Shown: piece after piece, positions 50,721 to 63,017 of the stretch
How the letters are laid out: the number at the start of each line of letters is the position of its first letter
How positions within the stretch are numbered: the first letter of the stretch is position 1
From: Octopus sinensis
Taxonomy: Eukaryota
Direction of reading: 5' to 3'
Assembly: GCF_006345805.1 (NCBI RefSeq)
Contig: NC_042999.1
Location: 112,096,001 to 112,160,000 of the forward strand
Length of the DNA: 64,000 bases
The notes under the pieces: generated by a model
Told to the model about the DNA's origin: nothing
The model's input: only the letters and a program-made list of their open reading frames with translations
Databases searched by the model: none
Position numbers and translations under genes: made by a program

Positions 50721-51009
50721 ATGATGATGACAGTGGTCATAGTGAGTTAGTTGCCAGGAAGGTAATTTGGGTGAATACGATGACATCCCCTCTGCTCTGC
50801 CATCTACTGCTTATAGAACCCTTGTTCCCTAACTGCACCCTAACCCAAACCCCCTCCTCCCCATCCCTACCTCACCCCTTATGCAAAAATTCTTACTCAA
50901 ACTCCACACAAAACATTTGAGGATTTGCCTCTCATAATGTTGTCATTAATGGTGGTTAACATATGCTGGAGTTTCACAGCATATGTGTGACATGTGACCA
51001 AGTGCAGTG

Positions 51010-51382
51010 CTCAAACAACTATATATATGTATACATATGCATATGAATATGTTCGTACATACATACACACATATAAACATGTATATATAAATATATGCAT
51101 ATATACATGCTCTCACACACACACAAGATATATATATATTTTATAAACATTTATATATGTGCGCGTTATATGTGTATATGTATATATATATTATAAAAAT
51201 GCATACATGCAGATATACATATGCACATATATATATATGTATATATATGTATATATATGTATATATATATATTATATATATAGACACACATGTATATATA
51301 CATACAATATATATATATGTATATATATGTATATATATGTATATATATAATATATATATTATATATAGACACACATGTATAT

Positions 51383-51449
<67 letters not shown>

Positions 51450-51484
51450 TGTATATATACATACACACATATATAGATACATAC

Positions 51485-51519
<35 letters not shown>

Positions 51520-51540
51520 CATACACAAACATACATACAT
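51010..51540. repeat. Compound TA microsatellite with three tagacacacatgtatatatacatac units
   Basis: Units at 51281, 51366, 51440. Confidence 0.95.
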
Positions 51541-52524
51541 ACCTGCATAGAAATGTAGAAGAAGAAGAAGAAGAAGAAGAAGTACAACAACAACAACAAC
51601 AGCAGCAGCATTGATGTCAATGACAGCAACAACGACATCAACAACAGAGGAAGAAACCGCACATTAAATAACAAACAAGGGACACAAGCTAAAACAGCAA
51701 GAGAAAGAAATGTTTCCCTGCAGGGGTGCCATCACTTTTATGTTGAGTCCTGGAGGAGGTACAAGCTGGTGTTTAAAGAGTGTGTGTGAAAGAGAAAGAG
51801 GGGGAGGGAGAGAGAGAGAGGGAGAGAGAGAGAGAGGGAGAGAGAGGATGGTGTAGGGTGTCTGTATACACACCTCTACAAAAGTGCAACACACCAGGTA
51901 GAACCCTCTTCTCTCATCCCCTCAATTAGAATCAATCTTAACTGACATCTGCTGACATCCCCCTTTCGTTTTTTTTGTGTGTTTTATTTTTACTTTTTGT
52001 TTATATTGTTGTTTTGTCTTTCATGAATACAATGGTCGTGGAGGTGGTGGCAGCAACAGCAGTGGTTGTGGTGGTAGGGGTGTTGGCGGTGGTGGTAGTG
52101 ATGATGATGATGATTGATGATGATGATGATGATGGTGAGGATGAGGAGGAAGGCCAGGGGTCGCGATTGCGGAAGGTTGATCACAATATCAATATAGAAA
52201 TTATCATGAAGCTGATGTTGTTATGTTAAAAGCCGATATTGAAGATGCTGACATTAAAAGATATGATGGTGACATTGATGACAGCGCCGCCACTGCCGCC
52301 AATGATGATGATGATGGTGATAACGACAATGATGCCACCGCCTATGATGATGATGACCATGTTGATGATGATAATAATGATAATAGTACCAGTAGTATAT
52401 TATGGAGAGCAATAGGAAGGTCACAATTACAATAACTTTTAGACTTCAAATGTCTCCAAAGGTAAATTTAGCTGTCATTTTATTGGGGTTCAGCAGTAGA
52501 ATGCGATTTATTTTTTATCTTTTA

Positions 52525-52865
52525 TTTTTTACTTGCTTCAGTCATTAGACTGTGGCCATGCTAGAGCACCACCTTGAAGTATTTTAGACAAACAAATCAA
52601 CACCAGTACTTCTTCCCATTTTCAGCCTGGTACTTATTCAATTGGTCCCTTTTGCCAAACTGCAAAGTTACAAGGGCACAAACACACACCAACACATTGA
52701 TATATATAAATGATGGGCTTTTTGCAATTTCTGTCTATGAAATTCACTTACAAGGCTTTGGTCAGCCCAAGGTTATTATAAAAGAATTTTGCCAAAGGTA
52801 CCATACAGTGGGATTGAACCTGGAACTATGTGGTTGGGAAGCAAACTTCTTACTGCACCAGCTAT
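52525..52865 (-). mobile_element. SINE family B, near full length
   Basis: ttacttgcttcagtcattagactgtggccatgctagagcaccaccttgaag...gtggttgggaagcaaacttctt. Confidence 0.85.
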
Positions 52866-53145
52866 GTATTAATTTAGGCATTATTTCTAGTATGTCAAAT
52901 GACCCTCTTGATAGAAACTACACACTGTCCCATCATATGCATATACATACTTTCAGGGCAGTAAGATGCCAGAATAATTAGCACATAGCATTTTGTCCAT
53001 CGTTACATTCTGAGTTCAAATTCTGCTGAGGTCAACTTCTTATTTTTCATTAAAAAGTAAATTAAACAATTAAATTTTAAGTTGCAATAAAAAAACAAAA
53101 CAAGCGGAAAGTTTAATTGAGGAGAGATTATTGTTATTGTTGTTG

Positions 53146-53182
<37 letters not shown>

Positions 53183-53183
<1 letters not shown>

Positions 53184-53522
53184 GTGAAGGCGCATGGCTC
53201 AGTAGTTAGAGCGTCAAGCTTACGATCGTGAAGTTGTGAGTTCGAATCCCAGACCGAGCTGCGTGTTGTGTTCTTAAGCAAGACACTTTATTTCACGTTA
53301 CTCCAGTTCACTCAGCTGTAAAAATGAGTTGCGATGTCACAGGTGCCAAGCTGTATTGGCCCCTTTGCCTTTCCCTTGGATAACACTGGTTGCGTGGAGA
53401 GGGGATGCCGGTATGCATGGATGACTGCTGGTCTTCCATAAACAACCTTGTCCGGACTTGTGCCTGGGAAGGTAACTTTCTAGGTGCAATCCCACAGTCA
53501 GTCATGACTGAAGGGGGTCTCA
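53183..53522 (+). mobile_element. SINE family D, well preserved, inside an (ATT)n tract
   Basis: tgtgaaggcgcatggctcagtagttagagcg...gagttcgaatccc (intact B-box)...gaagggggtctc; ATT repeats on both sides. Confidence 0.92.
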
Positions 53523-53526
53523 GCTC

Positions 53527-53562
<36 letters not shown>

Positions 53563-53589
53563 GTCTTTCTTGTTGTTGCTATTATAACT

Positions 53590-53710
53590 AGTATTTCATC
53601 CTTCTGGAACTCAATAATAAAAAACAGTAACAGTCAAGCACTGGGATTAATATAATCAATTTATCCTTCCCTCAAAATTGCTGACCTGGTGCCAAAATTT
53701 AAAACTAATA
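53590..53710 (+). mobile_element. SINE family A, 3' half
   Basis: aagcactgggattaatataatcaatttatcc...aaaattgctgacctggtgccaaaatttaaaac. Confidence 0.7.
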
Positions 53711-54602
53711 TTTAGGGCCACCTAGAGTTAAGTAAATAGAATTTTAAAAAAACACAGGTTATATTTAAGACAGTTGTAGCATCTAACCTAGGAGATAACC
53801 AAGAAGAAAAGTAACTGTTTAATTCATTATTTCACATTTTGTCTTACATTTTGTCAGTCAGACAATGGAAGCATCATATGTACACTAATGCTGCGCCACA
53901 ATTGAGGAATAAATTCATATAGCAAAATCAGCATAAAAGAACAAGACTACAGTTGCCACTGGGGGTGAGAGTGGGAGTAGGGAGTTGGTGTCTCAATTCT
54001 GATGATCAGCAATGTTGATTGGAGTTTATTTACTAGCATATATTGTAATCTTATAAGAAATGCTGTTGACTACTGGTAGTAGTATTGGCTTGGAAATTTT
54101 ATTTTCTGTACAATATATATACTTTTTCTATTTTGGCCTAATCGACCAAACGACCTGTGTTGAAGGAATGCAACCTCAAATTTGTGTTGGAAGATTCAGA
54201 AACATAAAGAAAATCAACAAAATGTTGAGGTAAATAAAGCAATCAATAATTATTCTTTCCTATATAGCAACTGAATAAATTTTTAATGAATTTAAATCTG
54301 CTAGACATTGCCTAGAGCTAGCGTTGCCAGTTCTGGTTGGCCATTTGCAATGAAGCAATTTTCTCACAAATAATTTAAGAAAATATATAAAAGTGTTATT
54401 GTTTACTTTATGTTCTCACACACACTTATACATGTGTGTTCACAATCGTACAAGTTTGTGCAGTGTGTAAATAATTGCAAAAATGTGCATGTGCTTGCAT
54501 ACAAATATGTGCAATTCCATGTGAATGTATGTGTGCTTGCATGCAAACATGCATGTTAGATGTGGGCGATTCTTTGTAGAAGTTGGCATATGATAATTTT
54601 CA

Positions 54603-54960
54603 TAGGCACAGGCATGGCTGTGTGATAAGAAGCTTCGTTTCTGATCACATAGTTCTGGGTTCAGTCCCACTGTGTGGTACCTTGTGCAAGTGTCTTTCAC
54701 CATTACCTCGGGCCAACCTGAGCATCGTGAGTGGATTTGGTAGACGGAAACTAGAAGCCTGTCATGTGTGTGTGTGTGTGTGTGTGTGTTTTGTCTGTAT
54801 TTGTCAACCACCACTACCTGACCAATAAAATAGACCAATAAAATAAGTACCAGGTTTAGTAAGATAATTATGTGTTGGGGTCAATTCATTCAACTAAAAA
54901 TTCTTCAAGGCAGCGCCCTAGCATGGCTGCAGTCTAATGACTGAAACAAGTAAAAGAAAA
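54603..54960 (+). mobile_element. SINE family B
   Basis: aggcacaggcatggctgtgtgataagaagc...gacggaaactagaagcc...gcatggctgcagtctaatgactgaaacaagtaaaag. Confidence 0.9.
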
Positions 54961-55812
54961 CAAAAAAAAACATAGAGACAATACCACAAATTCATAAGGA
55001 AGACAAAAGGGATGCTGTGTTGGTCATGCATTTTCTTTTTCAAGATAACAAAAGTTGTCAATCTTTCTTAGATTAAAAATATATTTTGTTAGTGAATTTA
55101 TACTTCTCAGGCAGCTGAGCAGACATGTCCCTGGGGCTGGTAGATGTTCTATCAACAGTCAATATCTCAGAAGGCTGGTCAGTAATTAGCAGCAAAAGTG
55201 GCATTAGGCAAGGCTTGTGCAAACAAATGTTTTTTTTTAAATGGCTTCTTTGATGTGGGATAGCTTAAGAGAATTAAATATTAGCTTTCAAATGCTGGAT
55301 GAGATGTTCCTTGTTTAGCCTATAGCCAATGGTGTTCCAGCTGTAACCATCCCATCATTTTCTTTATCGTTTTAGACATAATGTTTCCAAGACTGTATCA
55401 TCCCAATGTGTCTTCCCTTCTTTTTATATAAGATGGAAGAAATATGATTGTAAAGGAGATTTGATTGTTATCTCTAATATGTCAAATGAATCTATAGAGG
55501 AGATATTTTTGCTGCAATTGTTATTCTTTTCTTCTCTCATAAAATACATAGATTTTCTCTTGACAAAGCAAAAGAAAAATTATTGCCAGAACCAGAGAAT
55601 TCATGGCCTGTTTTTGAATTTCACTTGAAATTATTTTAACATTTCATCACATTTTTTTTCCAAAATAAATAAATAAATAAATGAAAATAGAAAATAAAAA
55701 TTAATGTTGTTGAATATAAGCTTACAATGAGTTGGTTTAGATTCCTAGTCATGATAAATACATAATTTTTGTGAGAATGGTAAGCCTTAAATGGTAATTT
55801 GGAATGTGCCTA

Positions 55813-55850
<38 letters not shown>

Positions 55851-56340
55851 GGCATTGGTCCTTTGTCATTATTGCTGCAGACTATAAGGAAAAATATATC
55901 ACCTGGTATCAGAAATGCAGAGCATCCAAACATTGTTTTCCTTCTCAGATGAACTTATCATTAAATAATCAGTATGACAAGAAATATATTTCAGGAACTT
56001 TCATTCTAAGAACAAGAGTGAATCCAGAAACGTAGCTATTTATTTGGGTTGGAAAAAAGAAATGTGACATTTAATGAAGAGAATAAAAAAATAAATCTAT
56101 GTCAAAATGTGGTTGCTAAATTCATTTTGTCAGTGCCATAGTAGTTTGCATCCTTAGTTTTATCATTAACTACCTAACACATTACTGTTTCTGTATTTAA
56201 TTGTCATACTGGGTTTTTATGACCATTCAATTAAGTTTTTCAAGCCCAATTATTATTAATAGCTGTATGTGCTTTGAGATCCATCATCCCTGAAAATATT
56301 ATTTGACATTCTCTTCAAAGTTTAAGAACACCTATGATAT

Positions 56341-56426
<86 letters not shown>

Positions 56427-56632
56427 GCACTAAAATAATTGAATAAGTTGGAGTACAGAGGAACATTTATTTGTAATTACTACAATTGTTTCCACACAAA
56501 TCTGCCAAAAGGTATAATATTATTGTTGGATAGTACTGCTTGAAATCTGAAGGTGGACGAGCTTTATACTGTGCCCTACTACGTTCTTAACAGAATATAA
56601 CCTAGCTATATGTGTGTGTATATATATATATA

Positions 56633-56809
56633 TACCATCATCATCATCATTTAATGTCCACTTTCCATATTGGCATAGGTTGGATGGTTTAACATGGAGC
56701 TGGGCAACTGGAAGCTGTCCAGACTCCAGCTGTCTGTTGTAGCATGGTTTCTATGGCTGGATGACTTAACAGAGTATACTGGGTGCTTTTTAAATGCCAC
56801 CAGCATGAG

Positions 56810-56810
<1 letters not shown>
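56633..56810 (-). mobile_element. SINE family C
   Basis: catcatcatttaatgtccactttccatattggcataggttggatgg...gggtgctttttaaatgccaccagca. Confidence 0.8.
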
Positions 56811-56870
<60 letters not shown>

Positions 56871-57029
56871 CACAGACAATAGAGAAAAGGCAGAAAAGTG
56901 TGTGCATGTATGTGTGCATGCATGTGTGTGTCTGAGAATGTGTTTGTGTGTATGACAGAGAACAGTCCAGATTGAGTCCAAGAAGTATAAAAGAATGACC
57001 TGAGCAAAGAACAATAGGAGGAGCTAGTG

Positions 57030-58010
57030 GAATGTAGCAGATCACTGAAAGAGGGGGACTGGAGATGAAATGAAGGAATGTGATAGAAGAAAGATAAGAA
57101 TTTAGAATTTGGAAAATAGAGTTGAGGAGAGAATAAAGAATTGAGAGAATGAAAGAGAAAGAGAGAGGGGGTTCAGTTATAGATAGAATGGGAATAGGAT
57201 AAGAGAAATAGAAGCAGGAGAGAAATGAAATGAAATAAATTAAATATTTTGTGATAACTGGAGAAAATGGAAAAATGTAGAGAAAGATGAATATAGAGAT
57301 AAAGGCAATAAGAGAGATACAATAATGGGGAGAAAAATAGGAAAATGAAAGAGAATGCAGTTGAGATGTAGAAAGAGTTAATTAGAAATCTCTTGGAAAT
57401 TGAAAGAGAAAACTGATAAAAAGGGATTATGAATGTGGTAAAATAAAAGGAAAGACAAAAAGAAGGAAAGAAAAAGGAAAAAAGATGGAAAGGAAGGAAA
57501 TGAGAAAGAAGATGAAAATGAAGAGAAGAAAAACAAAAGTGATGAAAAGAAGAAAAAAGATGGTATGGAAGAAAGAGGGAAAAGGAAAAAAGAAAGGGGA
57601 AAGGAAATTAGGAAAAAGTTAATGAAAGAGAAGAGATGTGTATAAAATGAGAAGCAAAGAAAACCAAGCAAAAATTTAAATTATTGAAGAAAGAATAAGA
57701 GAGAGTGACAGAGACAGACAGATGGACAGATAGACAGACAGACAGACAAACAGACATACGCACACTGACAAAAAGATAGACAGGCAAACTGAAGAAGAGA
57801 GACTAGGAAAGAGGGGAAGACAAAGATGGGGTTTGTAGGAAAAGCGATAAAGGCTGGTTTGGAAATTGAAAGAAAATGAGAGTTTGTTTTGTAGTTTTCA
57901 TTTCGGTTGTCAATGTATTTAAAAGTAATAATATTTCTGAAAGATAATTGGATGAGAGATCTTATTAAGAGGAAAACAAACGAAATTTTCTGAAATCTTT
58001 TGGAAAACAA
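57030..58010. repeat. Approx. 1-kb purine-rich (GA) low-complexity tract
   Basis: Plus strand is nearly all A/G/T with very few C over 57060-57660. Confidence 0.9.
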
Positions 58011-58744
58011 AGCTAGAGGTGATCAAGCCATCAAACAACATTGACTTGGTAAATAAACAATCTGTTTAATGTTGTTAACAGTCTATGTATTATATAGACA
58101 ACAACAACAACAATAGCAACAACAATAGCAACAACAACAAACACTGTCTCATTTTCAGATTAATATTTTTGAACAACACCAATATGGTGGTAGTGGTGGC
58201 AGTTGCAATGGTGGTCATGGTGGTCATGGTGGTGGTGGTAGATTTGTAAAGATCTTGTTAAAGATAATGGGTGGCAGGGTTTATTAAGGAAGATTTGCTT
58301 GAAGGTTACACTGAACTTAGACTCAGGCCAACCTTAATCAAACAGGCCCATGATCAAAAGCATTCCATCCATGACCATCCCATATTTTTAAGGACTGCTT
58401 TAATTAATGTATTCCATGGTAGAGTTGTGATTTGAAAGAGATTATTCTGTGATTTTGCTATTTTCATCAAGCACAATTTCAGGAACTGCACAAATAGTCA
58501 TTTCTTGTCACTTTTTTTCATCTATATATATATACTTGTGTGTGTGTGTGTGTGCGTATGTGTTGTGTGTTGTGTGTGTGTGTGAGTGAGTGAGTGTGCA
58601 TGTGAATATGTGTATGAATGTGTACGTTTGTGTGTACTTTTCTCTTAACATCATGTGATGGTTGTAAATGAGCATCACTTTCATACACGAGGTGTTGTTC
58701 ATGTTCAGTTTTTCCATGAAAAAACTTGTCCAAACTTAGAGAAA

Positions 58745-59030
58745 AATTACCTTGCTTGAAAGCAGGTTAGGGTTGGGGACAAGAAGGGCATAAGCTGCAA
58801 AAACTTTGCTTCAGCAAAATTCCATCTAATTCATGCAAACACAGAAAGGTAGAACTTAAAATGACAACAGGGAAATATTACCTTGTTTGGAAACAGGTGG
58901 GGCTTGGGGACAAGAATGGTGTCAGCTTTAAAAAAAAAGCCTACTTCAGCAAAATTCTATCTGACCCATGCAAGCACGAAAAAGTACACCTTAAGATGTC
59001 AACAACGATGATGATGATGATGATGATGAT
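58745..59030 (+). mobile_element. Two tandem 3' ends of a SINE C-variant with (GAT)n tail
   Basis: attaccttg.ttg.aa.cagg...ttggggacaagaa.gg...cttcagcaaaattc.atct..catgcaa at approx. 58747 and 58877. Confidence 0.75.
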
Positions 59031-59454
59031 GAGAGAAACACATATGTATATGTGCTCAGTTCTGCTTCACTCATAATTTGCAGTTCCACCCAGACACCTG
59101 ATCACTGGTATTTTTGTCTCTTTTCAACTCTGCCATAGTCATGTTAAACCTAACTAACCATGTAGCTTCACAACAGCAACACACCTGTTCCACTATTTTC
59201 CCTTCTCTTATAAATCATCTCCCACCATCTTCTAAGAGAGAGCCACCTCAGTTGGGTATCTTACATTTGCAAACTGGTGGCATGAAAAAATCAGACAGAA
59301 GCCAGTATATGTTTGCATTAGGGAAGGCATCCTGCTATAGAAACAACACCATAGTAGCATTGGAGCATGATACAGTCCATGAAATTGTTCACTCAAACCA
59401 GTCCTTGCTTGAATGAAACATGGATGTTCAATGATGATGGTGAGGATGAAACAT

Positions 59455-59610
59455 CATCATCGTTATCATCATCATCAACATCATTTAGTGTCTGTTTTCT
59501 ATACTGACATGGGTTGGATGGCTTGTCAGGAGCTGGCAAGTCAGAGGACTGCACTAAGGTCCACTATCTGTTTTGGTATGGTTTACATGGCTGGATCCCT
59601 TTCTTAATCC
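59455..59610 (-). mobile_element. SINE family C, partial
   Basis: catcatttagtgtctgttttctatactgacatgggttggatgg...ggctggatccctttcttaa. Confidence 0.75.
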
Positions 59611-59676
59611 ATCACTTTCTAATGATATATCACATTCATATATATATAATATATATATATAATATATATATATGTA

Positions 59677-59708
<32 letters not shown>

Positions 59709-59960
59709 ACAAATATAAGAGAGTGGTCAATATATTGCTCACTCTAGCACCAGTTAATCCAAAAGGTTTCAACCACGAAGATACATGTTTCCCATGAAAG
59801 CCAGTACTACTGTTAGCTCACACGGACAGGGCAAGTAAAAATAACAAAAATACAGATTATTTTGGGACAATTGTTTCGCTATTAATGAATTAAATGTAAT
59901 ATTACTTACAAAAAAATCCATTTGTAGCTCGTCAGCCAAGACTATCTGGATGAAATCCAC

Positions 59961-60003
<43 letters not shown>

Positions 60004-60344
60004 GAGAAAAGAAATGCAGTAACAATTAACAATTAGAAGTTGAGCATTTGTATTAAAAGGTCATAGTTTTATTGTATTAAAGAACATTTACAGCTGTTTC
60101 AGTTTGTTATTTTGAAGTAAATTTGCATTTATCTCATTCCATTTAGCAAACATCGTCAGAATGATTTAGAGTTTATTGGAGGAATATAGATTGGAGAAAA
60201 AGGGAAATGGAAAGAAAAAGGAAAAAGGCAAAATGTTCGTTAAGTCTTTAGGGCTTACATTTTTGTGACCTTTTGGGTTCCACATGTGCGTGAATGGGAC
60301 AATAAGTGGAGAAAATGACTAGTTGATGAGTGTTATTAGTTGAA

Positions 60345-60347
60345 ATG

Positions 60348-60408
<61 letters not shown>

Positions 60409-60450
60409 GCACATATATATTTATATATGCATATATATATATATGCATAT

Positions 60451-60482
<32 letters not shown>

Positions 60483-60820
60483 ATATATTATATATATATA
60501 TATGTATATATACACATTTATATATGTGTGCTTAAAAAGATATATATACATATCTATAAACATCTCTACAAGTATATATACATGTATATAAATATAAATA
60601 TTTATATGTATGTATATATAATATATGCATAAAAGTTTGTATGTTTATTCATATATGCATATATACATATGTATATGCACTATATACATGTCTGTATGCA
60701 TAGATATATATATATGTGCATGTGTGTGTATATATCTATATATATATCATTATATATATATGAATGTGTGTGTATGTGTGTGTATACATTTCTACACACA
60801 TGCACACACAAATATATGTA
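60345..60820. repeat. Compound TA/TG microsatellite
   Basis: Direct reading. Confidence 0.95.
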
Positions 60821-60967
60821 TTAATGTCAACAATTGAAACTGATTTTGCATTATTTCTAAATCAAGTTTCATATTACAACTTTCAATATATATTGAAAAG
60901 TTATATTGTAAACCTCAGAATAATGCTGCAGTAAAATTGCAGGTTTTAATTGCTATTACCGTTGTTG

Positions 60968-60999
<32 letters not shown>

Positions 61000-62134
61000 G
61001 GTGGTGGTAGTGGTAGAAGGAAGACAAAGGGGAGGAGGTATAAGAGTTGTATAAGTAATAGGAGGAAATGATCGTTATGTATTAAGTCATTTTTTGTTTG
61101 TGTGTGTATATGTGTGTGAGTATGTCTATGAATATTTTTATGTATACTCACATACACCCTTACATACATATATCTATATGTTTGTATATACATATATATG
61201 CATATATGATTGTGTGTGTGTTGGAATGTTAGTATATATAATATAGATTTATGAATAAGCATGTAAGTTTGTCACAGCAATACAAAAAATATATTTGTGT
61301 ATCTGTGCATATATAAAACACACACATACACATATACACACATATATATACATATATATTATATTATATATAATATATATATATATATGAGAGTGAGAGT
61401 AAGAGATAGTCAGATAGATATATTCATCAATCAATCCGTCTATATATATATATATAACACACACACCAGACATGCAGAAATATACACAGGTAGATAGATA
61501 CATAGATATAGATATAATTAAATACATATAAATAAATGAAGAAATTGATTTTTTAAATTGTCAACTAATCTGCAGAACAAACACGACAAAACTGATAGAG
61601 AAAAATAATATACAAATTTCAACAAAAAGAGAAATTACTAAAAAAAAAATAATAATAATAGAAGAGTAAAAAAGAATATTGCAAAAACAAAGAATTTACA
61701 GCCAGCAGCAAACAATACAATAAGGCAATCACTGTAACAAAAAAATAATAGGAATAATAAAATGCAGTAATAAACAAGTAGAAAAAAATAACTTTTTTAA
61801 GTATAGAAATACTTGTAATTTTAGTCCCCTTAAATGGATTGAAGAATTCAATTGACATAGCATTTGATAGCCACTACTTGATATGGAGGAGACATATGCT
61901 GGTCTTTGGTACTTTAAGCATGTTATCCATACTGCCCTGTCTCCTTGTTATTGTTATTGCTGTTGTTGTTATTGTTGTTGTTGTTGACATCGGTAGTTAT
62001 TATCGTATAGGTTTATGGTACTTCATTACATTTCCTCAAATTCTAACTTTCCTTTTTGATTTGTTGGTTGGGTTTTAGTCTTTGTTTTTTCGTTGTTTTT
62101 GCTTTTCTTGTTTTGGTGGTGGCTTTCTTTGTAG

Positions 62135-62150
62135 AAGAATTCAGGCAGAG
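62135..62150 (+). CDS. Candidate 16-nt micro-exon AAGAATTCAGGCAGAG of an unidentified gene
   Basis: Long T-rich tract and ctttgtag acceptor; strong GAG/GTAGGT donor; signals only, no homology. Confidence 0.3.
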
Positions 62151-62971
62151 GTAGGTTGGTGGGTTTTTTTGTAAGTGGGGTAGGTAGTTTTTGAAACCCT
62201 GATCTCTGTGTTTGACAGGTTGTTTCAAGTAGTTAGTTTTGAAATTGGTGAGGCAGTTAACTAAACAAACTGCTGCCATTTTTAGATTATGTGTGTGTAT
62301 GTGTATGTGCCTCTGTGTGTGTGTGTGTATGTGTGTGCATCTTCACATATATATTTAATCTTTATATTCACTCTGTCTCTTTCTCACTCTCTTTATGTAT
62401 ACATATATACTTATATAGACAGTCAGACTGATGGTAGATAGATATGTTGAGGGAGATAGAAAGAGAGAGGAAAAAACAGATGTGTGTGTGTGTACAGATA
62501 GATAGATAGGTATTCTAACACCCAAATGAAACTATTTTATAAGTGTGTGGATGTGTGTTAATAAATACATATATCTATATATATATATATATATATACAT
62601 AGAATATATGTGTATGTACTCTTTTACATGATGGGGGTCCACAAATATATATAGAGAGATCATAGATAATATATGGATATTAACTCTATTTTATAAATTT
62701 ATATACTTACCTATATGTACATTTATATAATCGGCATATATATATATATGAATGCTTTTACACATATATATATGCACACACAATACACTCTCTCACACAC
62801 TTAAACATATAAGATTTATAATATATATTGACATATTATATATATTGCAAGCCAGTCCAGCCTATGACCACATGCAGAAACAAATATTAAATGCATAATG
62901 ACAATAATGGCATGTATATATACTTATCTATTATATAAAATCTGCTCTGTCTGTGTGTGTGTGTCTTCTAG

Positions 62972-63017
62972 GATCTCGGACATCCTCCATCCGAACGCAC
63001 TCAAATTTGATATGTAG
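62972..63017 (+). CDS. Candidate terminal coding exon (R)ISDILHPNALKFDM* of an unidentified gene
   Basis: tcttctag acceptor, non-repetitive CpG-rich sequence, AATAAA at 63364 followed by T-rich DNA; the other two frames also stop within the exon; frame unproven. Confidence 0.3.

Noticed and set aside
54060-54232. 56-codon plus frame with two CpGs and a GAG/GTAAAT donor
   Set aside because: No recognisable motif, poor acceptor, and competing minus-strand readings are equally plausible
59910-59945. IVLADELQMDFF resembles SNF2 ILADEM or an RGS-like N-terminal segment
   Set aside because: No GLGKT Walker A follows, no continuing exon found, and this frame is not phase-compatible with the adjacent candidate exon
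779-61527. Many 60-234 aa ORFs rich in Y/I/C/V/H/T (for example 31896-32600, 33969-34397, 38060-38656, 51141-51674)
   Set aside because: They are translations of TA, CA, TG and GATA microsatellites, which lack stop codons in some frames
62135-63017. EFRQRISDILHP resembles SLC6 C-termini or the HCN C-linker
   Set aside because: Too short, depends on an unproven splice, and no transmembrane or cyclic-nucleotide-binding exons are present
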